A stretch of DNA of 63,908 nt, the filler included, from Octopus bimaculoides (lineage: Eukaryota): the NCBI RefSeq assembly GCF_001194135.2. It is 9 parts of 9 records of this genome, joined end to end, with 100 filler letters (N's around TTAATTAATTAA, not from the genome) between each part and the next. Parts side by side here need not be neighbours in the genome. Positions count along the whole stretch, not along the records: positions 1 to 27,986 come from NC_068991.1; 8 more parts are not named here. The stretch is one strand, 5' to 3'. The notes under the pieces were generated by a model, which was not told the DNA's origin, did not search any database, and saw only the letters and a program-made list of their open reading frames with translations. How positions within the stretch are numbered: position 1 is the stretch's first letter; each line of letters opens with the position of its first letter. A program made the position numbers and the translations under genes. This document shows, in pieces, positions 13,040 to 26,155 of the stretch.

Positions 13040-14290
13040 ATTTCCTGAAACGTGTTTGAAGTCACATGGTGTTACATGATGATGAAGTATCCTGGACCTA
13101 AAGAGATGAACTCAGTATTTTGTATGACCACCATTAGCATTGATTACAGCCAGGCATTTTCTGTACATTGAATGCACCAAATGATTGAAGGCCATGGGGA
13201 ATAGTAGATCACACTCTGTTAAAACTTGCAGCTGTCAGCCTTGGACAAATGTTATTTAGCCTTCTTTGGATTTCTTCGCACAGGTGCTCTATGGGGTTCA
13301 GGTCCAAACTTCGGGCAAGCCATGGCAGTGTCTGGATGTTGTGCTGTTGGAGGAAGTCTGTTGTCAACCTGGCAGTATGGGCACAGGCATTGTCGTGTTG
13401 GAACACGTGATTCTGATGATGGGCAAAGTATGACACAATATGAGGCCTTAACACTTGGTCAATGTAGCAAGCAGCAATTACTCCACTGCCCTGGCCTTGG
13501 CTGATGTTTCTGGTTGAGTGCTGTTCTGCTCCATACCAGGATGCTCTGTCCTCCCCAGTAGTCTCTCTCCACCACACAGCCATCAGCATGACATTCACCC
13601 CTTCTTCTCTAAATCCTAGCTCTGCCATCTGCCACAGAAATGCAACATCAACTTTTGTCAGATAAGACTACAGTCCTCCACTGCTGATATCACCAGTTCT
13701 GATGTTTTTCAGCCCACTGCAGACATGCCTGTCGATGACGATCTGTGAAGATGGGGCCCCTAGCTGGATGTCAACAAGACAGATTGAGAGATCTCAGTCA
13801 GCAGTGAACAAATGGGTCTGGTGAGTCCCTATGATCTGCCTAGCTAATTCTGTTCCCCTCCGGAATCGGTCCTGCAAGTGTTGTGGGTGCAGGTGGAGAT
13901 CTTGACATGCCATTGTAACCCTCAGTGGGCCACTGCATGGATGATCATCCGTACTGTTTGTGGCATTGTATCGTACCCTCAGCCGCTCAATTGTCCAAAT
14001 ACTACAGTTCAAGTCATTCACAGTGACCCATGGACGTTGACCAACATGGAGATATCTGACGGCTTGCTCCCTCTGATTTCATATCAGTCTTGGCATGCTT
14101 GTTGTGTTTGGAAAATGAATGGTTGGTAAATTGGGTGCCTGTTATACCCAATGAGTCAACATTTTGCACATGCATCATGCATTTCATAAAGATGCGTTTG
14201 CAAACATAACCATGTTCATGAAAAGTGAGCGAGTTCGAACCCTACATGCAATCCTTGTGTTTTCAAAAGAGAGTGGTGTTGTAGGTCAGT
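13040..14290 (-). mobile_element. Decayed Tc1-family transposon
   Basis: ATG at 14096 (MPRLI*NQREQAV...), then RYNATNSTDDHPCSGP, and VFQHDNACAH...LPWLARSLDLNPIEH (Tc1 DDE). Multiple disablements. Outer limits are approximate. Confidence 0.88.
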
Positions 14291-14894
14291 GACATTTGCT
14301 GATGTCAAATTACTTAGAAATGTGATAAGATCCATATAATCTCAATAACATGTGTGAAACCTTCTTTTACAGTGTGACATTTCTTTTGTAGTTCAGTATA
14401 TTTCCTCTCACCCACACACATACATACAAAGAGGTGCTTAAAAGTTCCTGGGTTTAAGGGCATCATGAAAGGCCTGGTTGTACGATCCTTTAATCCAAGA
14501 AATTTGGAATTGTGTAAATGTATGAATTTTAAACATACACACACACAGAGAAAATCTGCCTTTTATAGTATAGATATACACACACACACACACACGTACG
14601 TACAGAAAATGGAGATTGGTACGTCTTCAAATTTTTCTCTTAATTTATCAGTTAGTTATACAATATGATTAGCTAGTTAAAATGACAGACATGTATTTCT
14701 GCTGCACAAAGTATGTGCAGTTGTGTATGCAACCCAGCATATTCTGCTATGCACCTTCATTCAAGGTTTTTCTACAAGTATTTTGAAGTGAACTGAGTTT
14801 ATTTATTCGTGGCAAATTTATTTCATTATTCTATTGGGAAGTGAACCTGGATTTACCCATCAGGAGAATTACAGCAGGATTGCTCACCTTAAAC

Positions 14895-15194
14895 CAGGGG
14901 TTCTCAACAATTTTTTATATATGGACCCCTTTGATTACTATTTTATTCTGATGGACCTCTCATAGTCATTTGATGTTTAAAAACTAGTCTTTTAGAAAGT
15001 TCTTTTAAAATTCCTATTTTATTTTTCACACATTAACTTGTATAAGTTGAACTATGAAAAATGTTAGAGAAAGAAGCCTAGCTGTTTTTTGAAATACATA
15101 CATTTAAGGTAAAATATTTTCAGTGGCCCCTAAAATACTGTTGTGGATTGCCAATTTACTATTTTGTTTGGTGGATCCCAGCTGAGAACCACTT
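14895..15194. mobile_element. hAT-type MITE
   Basis: TIRs CAGGGGTTCTCAAC / GCTGAGAACCACT and an 8-bp TSD ccttaaac (14887-94) / ccctaaac (15195-202). Confidence 0.75.
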
Positions 15195-15294
15195 CCCTAA
15201 ACGATCACTGATGCTTCTTACTCCTTGATGTGGTTAGCCGGAACTTGGAATATACTTGAGAACTCTTATGCTACCTGCATAAATAATTTATCCC

Positions 15295-15650
15295 TGCGCG
15301 GGAGTGGCTGTGTGGTAAGTAGCTTGCTTACCAACCACATGGTTCTGGGTTCAGTCCCACTGCGTGACACCTTGGGCAAGTGGATTTGGTAGACAGAAAC
15401 TGAAAGAAGCCCGTCGTATATATGTATATATATATGTATGTTTGTGTGTCTGTGTTTGTCCCCCCAACATCGCTTGACAACCGATGCTGGTGTGTTTACG
15501 TCCCTGTAACTTAGCGGTTCGGCAAAAGTGACCGATAGAATAAGTACTAGGCTTCCAAAGAATAAGTTCTGGGGTCGATTTACTCGACTAAAGGCGGTGC
15601 TCCAGCATGGCCACAGTCAAATAACTGAAACAAGTAAAAGAGTAAAGAGT
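15295..15650 (+). mobile_element. SINE family A copy with an internal deletion
   Basis: Same head and tail as the 7047 copy but lacks the segment between CTTGGGCAAGTG and GATTTGGTAG. Confidence 0.88.
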
Positions 15651-15702
15651 ATATAGTAAAAAATGGGAGGAAGAGAATTCCGATTATCCCCATATAATGC
15701 AT

Positions 15703-15900
15703 ATAATAATAAAAGAAGGAAAATGCACACAGTCTACTTAGTTTTAATACATTTTAAATAACAGAATAAGAACATACGAAATCACAATAATTTCAACGTC
15801 ATGATTAGTGAAACAGGAAACCGGTCAATTACCACAGTATTCTATCATTTAAAATATATTAAAACTATGTAAGCTGTGTGCATTTTCCTTCTTCTTCTTC

Positions 15901-15915
<15 letters not shown>
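15703..15915. repeat. Inverted repeat (arms about 70 bp) around a hammerhead-like spacer
   Basis: 15703-15768 is the reverse complement of about 15838-15915 with few mismatches. The spacer contains CATGA...CAG-GAA-ACCGGT-C. Confidence 0.7.
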
Positions 15916-15947
<32 letters not shown>

Positions 15948-16214
15948 CTTATATATACAGCTTTCTTCTAGTAGGCTGTGAAATAGAGGTTCTCTTTTTG
16001 GCTACAATAAGAACTGGTAAAATAGTGGGGAATAAATGCATCTACTAAATTTTCTTTCCAGTCCCTCACATTTCATGGTTATTTTCCCATGTTATAAATA
16101 ATTACTGTTATTTTACATTATAAATTCAGCTTGCTTCATTTGTTCATGTCTAAAATTTAGGTTGTCTGTTTCTTGATGTAGTCAACGATAAACACATTCT
16201 CCCTTTATTTGCAG

Positions 16215-16271
16215 GTATGAGACAGTCATGTGAAATTATTCTATATTTGAATTTGGAGAAAGCATTAAAAG
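16215..16271 (+). CDS. TRPT1: TRPT1 exon: (G)MRQSCEIILYLNLEKALK(D)
   Basis: Acceptor tttgcAG at 16213-14 and donor G|GTAATG. 57 nt, phase 1/1. Completes the SGMR motif. Confidence 0.93.
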
Positions 16272-19084
16272 GTAATGTTTTCATATTTAAATTGATATTT
16301 TTTTTCTGTTTCTGTGTAACAGAAGAGAATTTGTAAGAAAAAAATACCAGGTTATGGAATATACGTCTACCCATTATTTAAACATAGTAAATCATGCACT
16401 TCAGTTAAGAAAAACTAGGAGCACTCTGTCGGTTACGACGAGGAGGGTCCCAGCTGATGTGATCAACGGAACAGTTTGCTCGTGAGATTAACGTGCAAAT
16501 GACTGAGCAATCCACAGACACGTGTACTCCTAGCGTAGTTCTCAGGGAGATTCAGTGTGACACAGGGTTTGACAAGGCCGGCCCTTTGAAATACAAGTAC
16601 TACTCATTTTTGCCAGCTGAGTAGACTGGAGAAACATGAAATAAAGTGTCTTGCTCAAGGACACAATGCATCACTGGGAATTGAACTCATGACCTTACAA
16701 TCATGAGCCGAATGCCCTAATCACTAAGCCACACGCCTTCACGAGAAAAACTAAGGGCTATGATGAAAGCAAAGGGTGGCCATTTTGAATTGTTGATAGA
16801 TATATATGTAAAATATTGCTTTCAGATTTTGACACAAGGTCAGCAGGTTTGCGGGGAGGGGATAAGTTGATTAAATCAACCCCAATGTTCAACTGGCACT
16901 TATTTTATNNNNNNNNNNNNNNNNNNNNNNNNNNNNNNNNNNNNNNNNNNNNNNNNNNNNNNNNNNNNNNNNNNNNNNNNNNNNNNNNNNNNNNNNNNNN
17001 NNNNNNNNNNNNNNNNNNNNNNNNNNNNNNNNNNNNNNNNNNNNNNNNNNNNNNNNNNNNNNNNNNNNNNNNNNNNNNNNNNNNNNNNNNNNNNNNNNNN
17101 NNNNNNNNNNNNNNNNNNNNNNNNNNNNNNNNNNNNNNNNNNNNNNNNNNNNNNNNNNNNNNNNNNNNNNNNNNNNNNNNNNNNNNNNNNNNNNNNNNNN
17201 NNNNNNNNNNNNNNNNNNNNNNNNNNNNNNNNNNNNNNNNNNNNNNNNNTTGGCAAAGTTTCTATGGCTGGATGCCCTTCCTAACGCCAACCACTCAGAG
17301 AGTGTAGTGCGTGCTTTTACGTGTCACCCGCACGAAGGCCAGTTAGGCGGTACTGGCAACGGCCACGCTCAAGATGGTGTATTTTATGTGCCACCTGCAC
17401 AAGAGCCAGTCCAGGGGCACTGGCAACAATCTCGCTCGAAAATCCTATGAAGGCCAGTCAGGCGGTACTGGCAACGGCCATGCTCAAAATGGTGTATTTT
17501 ATGTGCCACCCGCACAAGAGATAGTCCAGGGGCACTGAAAATATTGTCAGTATAACAAACAACTTGTAAACTTTCATTAACCAAACAACTTGTTTTAATT
17601 TTATGATAAAATGAATAATGCATAAATATATATGTATAGGTGCTGGCGTGGCTATGTGGTAAGAAGCATAGTTCTAGGTTCAGTCACACTGCATGGCACC
17701 TTGGGCAAATGTCTTCTACTATAGCCTCAGGCTGACCAAAGCCTTGTGAATGGATTTGGTAGACGGAACCCGAAAGAAGCCTGTCGTATATATATATTTA
17801 TATATGTATATATGTGTGTCTGTGTTTGTCTCCCAACCATTGCTTCACAACCAATGTTGGTGTATTTACATCCCCATAACTTAGCAGTTTGGCAAAAGAG
17901 ACTGATAGAATAAGTACCAGGCTTACAAAGAATAAGTTCTGGGGTCGATTTCTTTGACTGCATGGCTGCAGTCAAATGACTGAAACAAGTAAAAGAAGAA
18001 TGTCACTGCATATATTTCTGAAAAACAAAATATATGTAATGCATCTCTGTTGGTTTGAATGAGAAGGATTCAGTGGTTTGATCTGCTGAATTACCTCATT
18101 GAGCTAACTGTTTGTGGTTGAGTATTCCACAAACATGCATCATCAGGGTTAAACGGTAAGGGTGAAGACCCCCTTTGGTTGTGAATAACCATGGGATTGC
18201 ACCTAGGAAGTTCTCCTCCCAGGAACAAGTCCAGGTAAGGTTGTTTATGGAAGATCAGTCGCCCATACATACCAGCTACAGGGCTGTGTTCTCTTTCAAT
18301 GGCAGGATACCCATCTTAATACCAACCACTTTACTGAGTGTACTGGGTGCTTTTTTTTTATGCTACAAGTACTAGTAAGGTTGCCATCTAATTTGCAACA
18401 CAGAAAAGAACAGAAGGAGGAGGAAATGGAGTAAAAAGCTGCCACTACTGACAAGTATTTGAGATGGGAAGGTGGAGGTGAGTGGCTGTGTGCCTATAGA
18501 GGAGATATGACTGAAGGAGATAAGAGTAAGGTAGTGATGGAGGACTAGAGCAAACTCAAGGAAGAAGGTGAGCCTCAGAGACAAGGATGGTGGACCATGG
18601 GGTGAGATGAGAGAGTGGATGCTTTCATAAGAGTGTGAGGGAGGAGTAAACAGGTGGAGGGGGAGGTTATTGTAGTGAGTATGAACAAGGGTGAGGGTGC
18701 AGATGGTGGGAAATACCAGTATGCAGAGGAGTAAGGTGGAAGATATAGGAGTGACTCTAAAAGGATGGTAGAACAGGAAATAGTAGAATGATGTACAAGG
18801 TGTAGGATGTGTGGAGATTGGAATACATGAGGGGTTATAGTAGGTGGATCATGATGATAGATATGAGAATATTGAGGATGATAGCAGATAAGGGATGTAT
18901 TCAGAATAGAGTATAACAGAGTGGCTGAAGGCACAGAAAGGAGGTGATTGGTTGAAACAGTGTGGGCAGGGATGATGAGGAATGGAAGTTGTTCAGGGAG
19001 GGTGTGGGATGTAATATGTGCAATATTGCTCACAGAGTGGGGAATGGGGCATAGCCTCACATGTAGAAGCATTTCTGAATGGTT

Positions 19085-19450
19085 TTAGGATATCATCTAT
19101 GCTGTAATGGGCGGGTCTTCTCAAGCACAGGAAGATGCCAATCTTCTCAGTCCTTTGTAAGGCTTAGCATCTTCAGATCAGCCTTCATCATTTCATTTCA
19201 CGTCTTCCTGGGTCTCTATCTTCAATATGTTCCATCCTCTTTAAGTAATTAGCACTTTATGCAACTGTCCTTATACTTCCACTTCACATTATCAAACCAA
19301 TGCAGTCTTCTCTCTTGCATACTACATCTGATTCCTTCTATGTCTAACTTTTCTCTCACTACATTTGTAATTTGTCATACGTGCACACTAATATTGCACA
19401 TCTAGAAGAGAATACTAGTTTAATTTCTCCTTATCCACTCAACACTTGTT
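19085..19450 (-). mobile_element. RTE LINE 3' coding end, decayed
   Basis: Minus strand reads NEMMKADLKMLSLTK...VLEKTRP, the RTE C-terminal pattern. Confidence 0.5.
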
Positions 19451-20874
19451 CTTCATTCATTATATATTCACCCCTTCTTCTTACACTTCCATACACTCTT
19501 GTAACCTCTACCCATCCACACTCCCATTTCCTCATTTACTTCATACCTTGAGGGTTCACACTTGTTCCCTGCCACACCCTGATTATCTCTCTACCTTAGA
19601 CATGTTTCTTCTCTACAGCAAGATACATGTTCTGCTCTGGTCCCTTCTAATACTTTAACCTTTATCTGCTAGCATAAAGCCACCTCTCTCAGTGTTCATA
19701 ATTTTGCAAGCTGCATGGCAACCTTAATAGTGCTGGCAGTATGAAAAAAAGCAACCAGTACACATTTTTAAGTGGTTGGCATTAGGAAGGGCATCCAGCC
19801 ATAAAAACCATTCCAAAGCAGACAGTGGAACACAAAGTGATACTATGGCCTGTTCAATCCTATCAAACTCTCCAACCTATGGCCCACTTGGAACATGGAA
19901 ATTAAATGATGTCGATGATGATTTGAGGAAAATGTAGTTTTTATTTTTATCGGGTGAAGTGCCCATTTACAGGTTCCCTTATGAATTGAGCATAAACTGT
20001 ATTATTCCAAGTTATAAGATCATCATCATCATCATTTAGTGTCTACTTTCCATGTCGGCATGGTTTAGACAATTTGACTTAAACTGGTAAGCTGGAGAGC
20101 TGCACTAGGTTTAAATCTGATTTGGCATGGTTTCTAAGGCTGGTTGCCCTTCCTAACGCCAACCACTCCAAGAGTGAAATGGGTACATTTTACATGTCAC
20201 CAGCACATGCGCTAGTTATGTGACACCAGCATCAACCATAACTATGGTTTCACTTGACTTGCCAAGTCTTTCCAAGCACAACATATTGCCAAAGGTCTAG
20301 GTCACTTATCATTGCCTCCATGAAGCCCCACATTTAAAGAGTGCTTTTTATGTGCCACTGGCACAGGTGCCTGTTATATGATGCTAGCATTGGCCACAAC
20401 TTCACTAATACTGTATTTAAATTCAAACATGCAGAAGCTAGTATCACTCATTAACAGTAACAAAATTTTCTAAAATATTTGATTAAAGCTTGATATGGTT
20501 TCATCAAAACAGTATCATTATCATCATCATTGTTCTAATGTTCACTTTTCCATGGTTGCATGGCTCGAACAGAATTTGTTAAAGCAGATTTTCTACAGCT
20601 GGATGCCTTTCTTGTTGCCAACCCTTCCAAGTAAGGTATTTTTTCCAGTGGCCAGACACATTTTCATGGAAGATTGCAAACAAACAATACCATTTCTATG
20701 ATTGTGATGCTCATTTGCAACTATCATACGGTGTCAAGACAAGGAGAAACAAACACAAACACACACATATGGACAGGTAAACAGATGTGGACACATTCTC
20801 AGCTGAATCAATGGGATTATTACTGGGAGGGGAATTAAGGGATTTAATGTGTGTGTATATATATATATATATAT

Positions 20875-21420
20875 AAGGTTTAAGGATGGCATAAGGACTA
20901 CTATGAAGTCACTTGGAATGGATCCAGAGGACAGAAACTCTTGCTTTGGATCAAACTGGATGGTGAACAAAAGTGCAGAGTGAAAACGTTTGAAGAGGCC
21001 AGGATAATGCATGTAAGATTCAAAAGAGATTTAAGGAAGAATGTTACGATTGAGAAGGTGAACCACAATGAATCTTTTGTGTGCACAGTTTGTGACAGAC
21101 CATGCCTTTCTTTTGCTGGGCTCAAATCTTATTTACAAACCCATGGAAAATGAACCTCCACCAATTATTCTGCTTATATGTCTGCACACACTTTTGAATG
21201 TAGTGTATGCCAGAAAGTTTGCAAATGCAACGGAGGCCTTAAAAGACATTTTAAGATCCACAAAGACCAGAACTTATCTGCAGCTCTTGGTGGTCCAAAT
21301 CAGATATGCAATCTATGTGAGTGTCTTTTCAAAACGTTGTCTAGTTTAAAAAGCCACATCAGATGCCATGATGGTTCTAAGGTGTAGGTACAGCAGGTGA
21401 TCAAACTCTGCATAAGGAGT
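20875..21420 (+). mobile_element. 5'-truncated RTE LINE 3' end encoding three C2H2 fingers
   Basis: RFKDGIRTTMKSLGMDPE...KTFEEARIMHVRFKRDLRK is followed, in one frame with a single TGA at 21151, by CTVC..KSYLQTH, CSVC..LKRHFKIH and CNLC..LKSHIRCH. Confidence 0.72.
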
Positions 21421-22222
21421 TGAGAACCTGGAGCCTGGTGCAGTCGCTGGCTCTCCAGACCTCAGTCAAACCGTCCAACCCATGCCAGCATGGAAAATGG
21501 ACATTAAATGATGATGATAATATACAGGCACAGGCATGGCTGTGTGGTAAGAAGCTTGCTTCCCAACTACATGGTTTTGGATTCAGTCTGACTACATGAC
21601 ACCTTTGGCAACTATCTTCTGCTATAGCCTCAGGCTTCTTCCCACACAGCCATTATATTTAAAGTATGCTGTGTTTGGAGCTAATGACATTGTTTGGTGA
21701 CATGTTCCTGTCTAGTTGATAAACAATGGCTAACTAGCAGAGTTGTTAGGGCATTAGACTTACAGTATTTGTTCTGGCTTACTGCATTCTGAGTCCAAAG
21801 CCTCTTGAAGTCAGTTTTGCCTTTCATCATTTAGGGGTCATCTAATCAAAAGTAATATCTCCCATACAGCCTATGGACTTCACTATTCATGCTGAGCTGG
21901 CTTGGTGTAGTCAAATCCAATCGGTTATATCTTTCTGATAGCCAATGGGCAACAGGTAAAATTTTCCAAATAGGTTATGGGCTTCACTATTCATGCCAAG
22001 CTAACTCACTCTATGCAGCAGAAACAGGTATTTTCATTCATGGATTAAATAGTAAGCAATAGTTAAAGAAAATAGTTATAAAAATATTTTTTCAAACATA
22101 TTCTATCCCATTTGTGTAACAACTAAAAGAAAATAGTTAAATGTAACAATAATGAAAAAATGTCTGCTTTCAATAGACATTGTTTTGTATATATTTACTT
22201 GTATGTAATATATTTTTGATAG

Positions 22223-22330
22223 ATGGCATAAAATTTTACCTTTCATCAAACAATGTCATTTTGAGCCCTGGAAATGAAAAGTATTTGATTGAACCACAAT
22301 ATTTTGAGAAGGTTGTTGACTATATGACTG
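22223..22330 (+). CDS. TRPT1: TRPT1 exon: (D)GIKFYLSSNNVILSPGNEKYLIEPQYFEKVVDYMT(G)
   Basis: Acceptor ttttgatAG at 22221-22 and donor G|GTAAGA at 22331. 108 nt, phase 1/1. The FYLSSNNVILS motif matches the Tpt1 C-terminal domain. Confidence 0.93.
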
Positions 22331-22499
22331 GTAAGAATTACTTCAACCTTTTCTTTATTTTTCACTTTGAATTCTTTGATTTGTAATTTGAAAGGCATTA
22401 ACTTTCTTGCCTTCTATTTAGTATTACAGAAATTGTACTCTGACTAATTGTTAAGTCCCTGCTCTGGTTTTCTTCATGTTGAGTCCATTTCATAATAGT

Positions 22500-25400
22500 G
22501 AAAAGGTTGTTAAAAATGGCTACAATTAGAATGCTTCTACCTATGATTTGAGAAAGATTTAGCGACTAATTTTAGTCCAAATTTGTTGAGATTACTTAGA
22601 GGTTTATTGCTTTGTTTTGTGTTAAGTGATACTTTTGAGTAGTAATGATTTAGCTGATTACTATGGAAATATTGAACAAAGTCATTGAACTTCAAAACAA
22701 CTCTTTGAATAGTATTATCACAGAGCAATGGCCTGATGTGACTAAACAACAATCCATCAAAAAAGTGCCAAGAGCTAATTGACGTGAACATGACACAAAA
22801 ATTACTGAAATGAATGAGAAATTGACAAGTTTTGAGTCAGTAAATCTAGTAAAAACAACTAACCCTAAATTATTACTGAATTCTATCAATAGAAATATAA
22901 CTGCCGTTTCTTGTCAGCCATGCTAGTTTGACTGTGCAAAACGTTATAAAAAGTTTAGCTCCTGCATACAACTTAAGTACCATTAATACCCCAAGTTTTA
23001 TCATATGGAAGGGATTTTGTGCCAATAATGTCTGTTAGGAAAGCAAATGGTTTGATTCTCCTTTGCACAGATTTTTCTATTGGATTAAATGAAGTCTTAA
23101 GAGGTCAGTTCTACCCTTTACCTATTCCTGAAGATATTTTCAGCAAGCTTAAAGGTGGCTGCCACTTTGCAAAAATTGATTTGTCTGATACAAATTAAAA
23201 TTGAGGACAATTCAAAACAACTGTTGATAATTAAAACACACAGAAGTCTTTTCCAATATCAAAAAGTGCTATTTGAATTAAAAACAACCTCATCTATTTT
23301 TCAACAAGTAATGGATACTATGAAAGCAGGTATTTCTGGAGTTGCAGTTTATCTCTGGTTGTGTGAAAGAAGGAGTATTTTATTGATTGGATACTTTTTT
23401 CCATAAAATGAATTAATTTGGTTTTAAAGTAAAACTTGACAAATGCACTTTTTTATGAAGTCAATAAATTATTTGGGTTTTATTGTAAAAAAAGTCATAA
23501 ACCAGACTCAGCAAATATAGAATCTATTCTGAAAATGCCAGTTCCATTATATATTAACATGTTAAGATTGTTTCTTGGACTTCTTAGCTATTATAGTGTG
23601 TTCCACGCATTTCTCATGTGAACTTTTAACCCATCTGCTTCAGAAAAACTCAATGTGGAACTAGACACCTACATACATGAAAGCTTTTGAGAAGGCAAAA
23701 GAATTATTATAATCTGATTTATTACTAATCCATTATGATCCAAAATTTAAAATATGTATTGAAGCTGCCATATCACATGTATTCTCAGATGGCACTGAAA
23801 AAGCAAATGTTAAATGAAAAAGGAAGCATTAGCACTAGTTTTTTGCAGTTAAAAATTTTTAGAAGGTGCATGAAAAACCTTTTGTTTATTTACTGACCAT
23901 AAATCATGTTTCTATTTTCATCTTGAAGAAAAGTATTCAAGTTTACATAGCATGTTACTTACAAAGATGGGCAATAATGTTACTAGGTTATAACTTCAAT
24001 GCAAGTTAAGTGAGTTTGGTAAAGTTGATGCAGAATTGTGTAGAAAATGATGTGCAAAATGTCTTATTTGCCACAATAGATCCTGTGTTAGCAGATATGA
24101 TTGAAGATGCAACAAGAAAAGATCCTATTGGTTTGTAAATGTTGACAAATTGGGTGGCCATAGAATATCTGAAACAGTTTTTCAAAAGATGAGTCTTTAT
24201 TGTTAGTGAATGGTTGTTTTATGTTTGATGAGAGAGTCAATATTCCTCAAAAATAATGAAATCTACTTTTAAAGCAATTACATATGGGCCACCGAGGTAT
24301 AAATCATATGAAACCTATTGCAAGAAGTTAGGCATACTGGCCTAGCATCATCAAACACTTTGAGGAGCTAGCACATACTTACCATAGTTGCATACAGGCA
24401 ATCAAGATAGCTGGATGGTCTAAATGGCAAGCATAGCCAGTACCAGAAAAACCTTGGTCCAGGTACATATTGGTTTTGCTGGCCCTACAAATGAAATATA
24501 TTTTATGTCACTAATTAATGCTTTGTCAAAGTGACCTGAAATATTTATCTCGACTTCATCCACAATTCACAAATTAAAGCAAGTATTTAGTCAACTTGGT
24601 TTGTCAGAAATGGTAGTATCAGATAATGGACCTTGAGTCATGTCAAGCTTTAATCAGTTTTGTAAAATCAATACCATTTGCCGTATTTATATACCTCCCT
24701 ATCAACCTCAGTCCAATGGACAAGCAGAAAAATTTGTTGATACCTTTAGAAGAGCACTTGTTGAATCAAAAGTGGAGGTAACCACTATAGAAGTAATACA
24801 AAAGTTTTTACTAGTTTGTTGAATACTCCTAATCCAATCGCTCCAGAACAGAAATCACTTACAGATAATCACCTGCAGAACTCATGTTTGAGAAAAAGTT
24901 TAGAACAATTATGGAGGCTATTCTGCAACACAGATGTAGAAAAAAGCAAAATGATAGGCAAATGACCCGTACAAGAGATACATAAAACAGTTCCATCTTG
25001 AACAACTTGTACAGGTATGTCAATTTAAAAAGGAAGATTTATTGTAGTTACCTGGAATTGTTAAAATGGGATGGGGAAAAGTTACTTACAAAATTCAAGT
25101 GAATTATCAAATCTGGATGTGTTAATTAACGAAGAGAGAGAGTGAAATAATTCCAAATCACAGAGAATGACAAAGCAAGATACACCCTGAACATCCTGTT
25201 GGAAGAATTCAATCTACCTTTGTCATAAAAACATACAAAAAAAAAAAGATCCTTTGACACATAATATACTAAAGTTCTACATAAGTTCACCAAAAGCCAT
25301 CCAGGACAAAGTCTTATAACAGTGGAACTTTAAGAAAAAAAAAGAGGTGGCAGGGGGTGGGGTGTTAAAAACCAGCAGAAAAAGATATGTCTTTCCCCTC
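22500..25400 (+). mobile_element. Decayed Ty3/Gypsy LTR retrotransposon pol (RT-RNaseH-integrase)
   Basis: LPIPEDIFSKLKGG..FAKIDLS, IFQQVMDT, FLGLLSYY, LHMGHRG, PEKPWSR, VVSDNGP and PPYQPQSNGQAEKFV. A purine tract at about 25344-25362 is followed by TG. Many stops. Confidence 0.9.
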
Positions 25401-26155
25401 ACCAACTTGAACTAGTCTACATTGAATGCAATTTGAATGAGTCAACATATGGAGTACTTCATATAAAAGACTATTTTGTTGATGGAGGTCTGAGTCTTGC
25501 CTAGTAACTATTTTGTTTTACAATGCAATACAAGTATTTTTCACAAATGTCTAAGTTTTTCTCATTACTAAGTATCTGCAAAGTTACAAAAAGAATAAAA
25601 TTAATCCCTTTCTCTTGTTTTGATTTAACAAGTCAGTTCTTGTGGAGAATCTAATTTTGAAAGAAGCTACAATGCAAGAGCATTTTAACAAAAGAATTTT
25701 CAAATAGAGCCTTCTCTCTAAACATGAAAGTGTTTCAATAGTTGAAATGTTAAAATGATTGTTATAATGACAGCTGGTTCCTTGCAACAATGCCAGTTAC
25801 CTAAAAGTTTCTGAGATTACTCATCTTCAATTCTAAGCCTGGGTATTCTTGTTACTTGCTTGTGTTATAATAATCCTTTCTACTATCAGCACAGGCCTGA
25901 AATTTTACAGGAAGTAGTAAGTTGATTTCATCGAACACCAGTGCTTAACTGGTATTTATTTTATCAACTTACTCATATTATGATAATGCAAACTCATGAT
26001 AATAATGTAATACATCCCAGAATAGGAGAGTATTGTAGTTCGCTTGAAGCATTGTGTATTGTTTGTAAAGAATAAAAAGTTTAGAATGGTACAACAATGC
26101 ACTATAGAACAAACAATAGACTATATACATGTTGTAATTTGGTTATCTATAGTCC

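Noticed and set aside
18372-19072. 165-aa His/Pro/Ser-rich minus-strand ORF
   Set aside because: It reflects a purine-rich low-complexity strand bias, with no motifs or splice signals. Probably old repeat.
22500-25420. Paired LTRs for the Gypsy remnant
   Set aside because: Only about 9 nt (TGTTAAAAA) are shared between 22508 and 25363, which is not enough to call LTRs.
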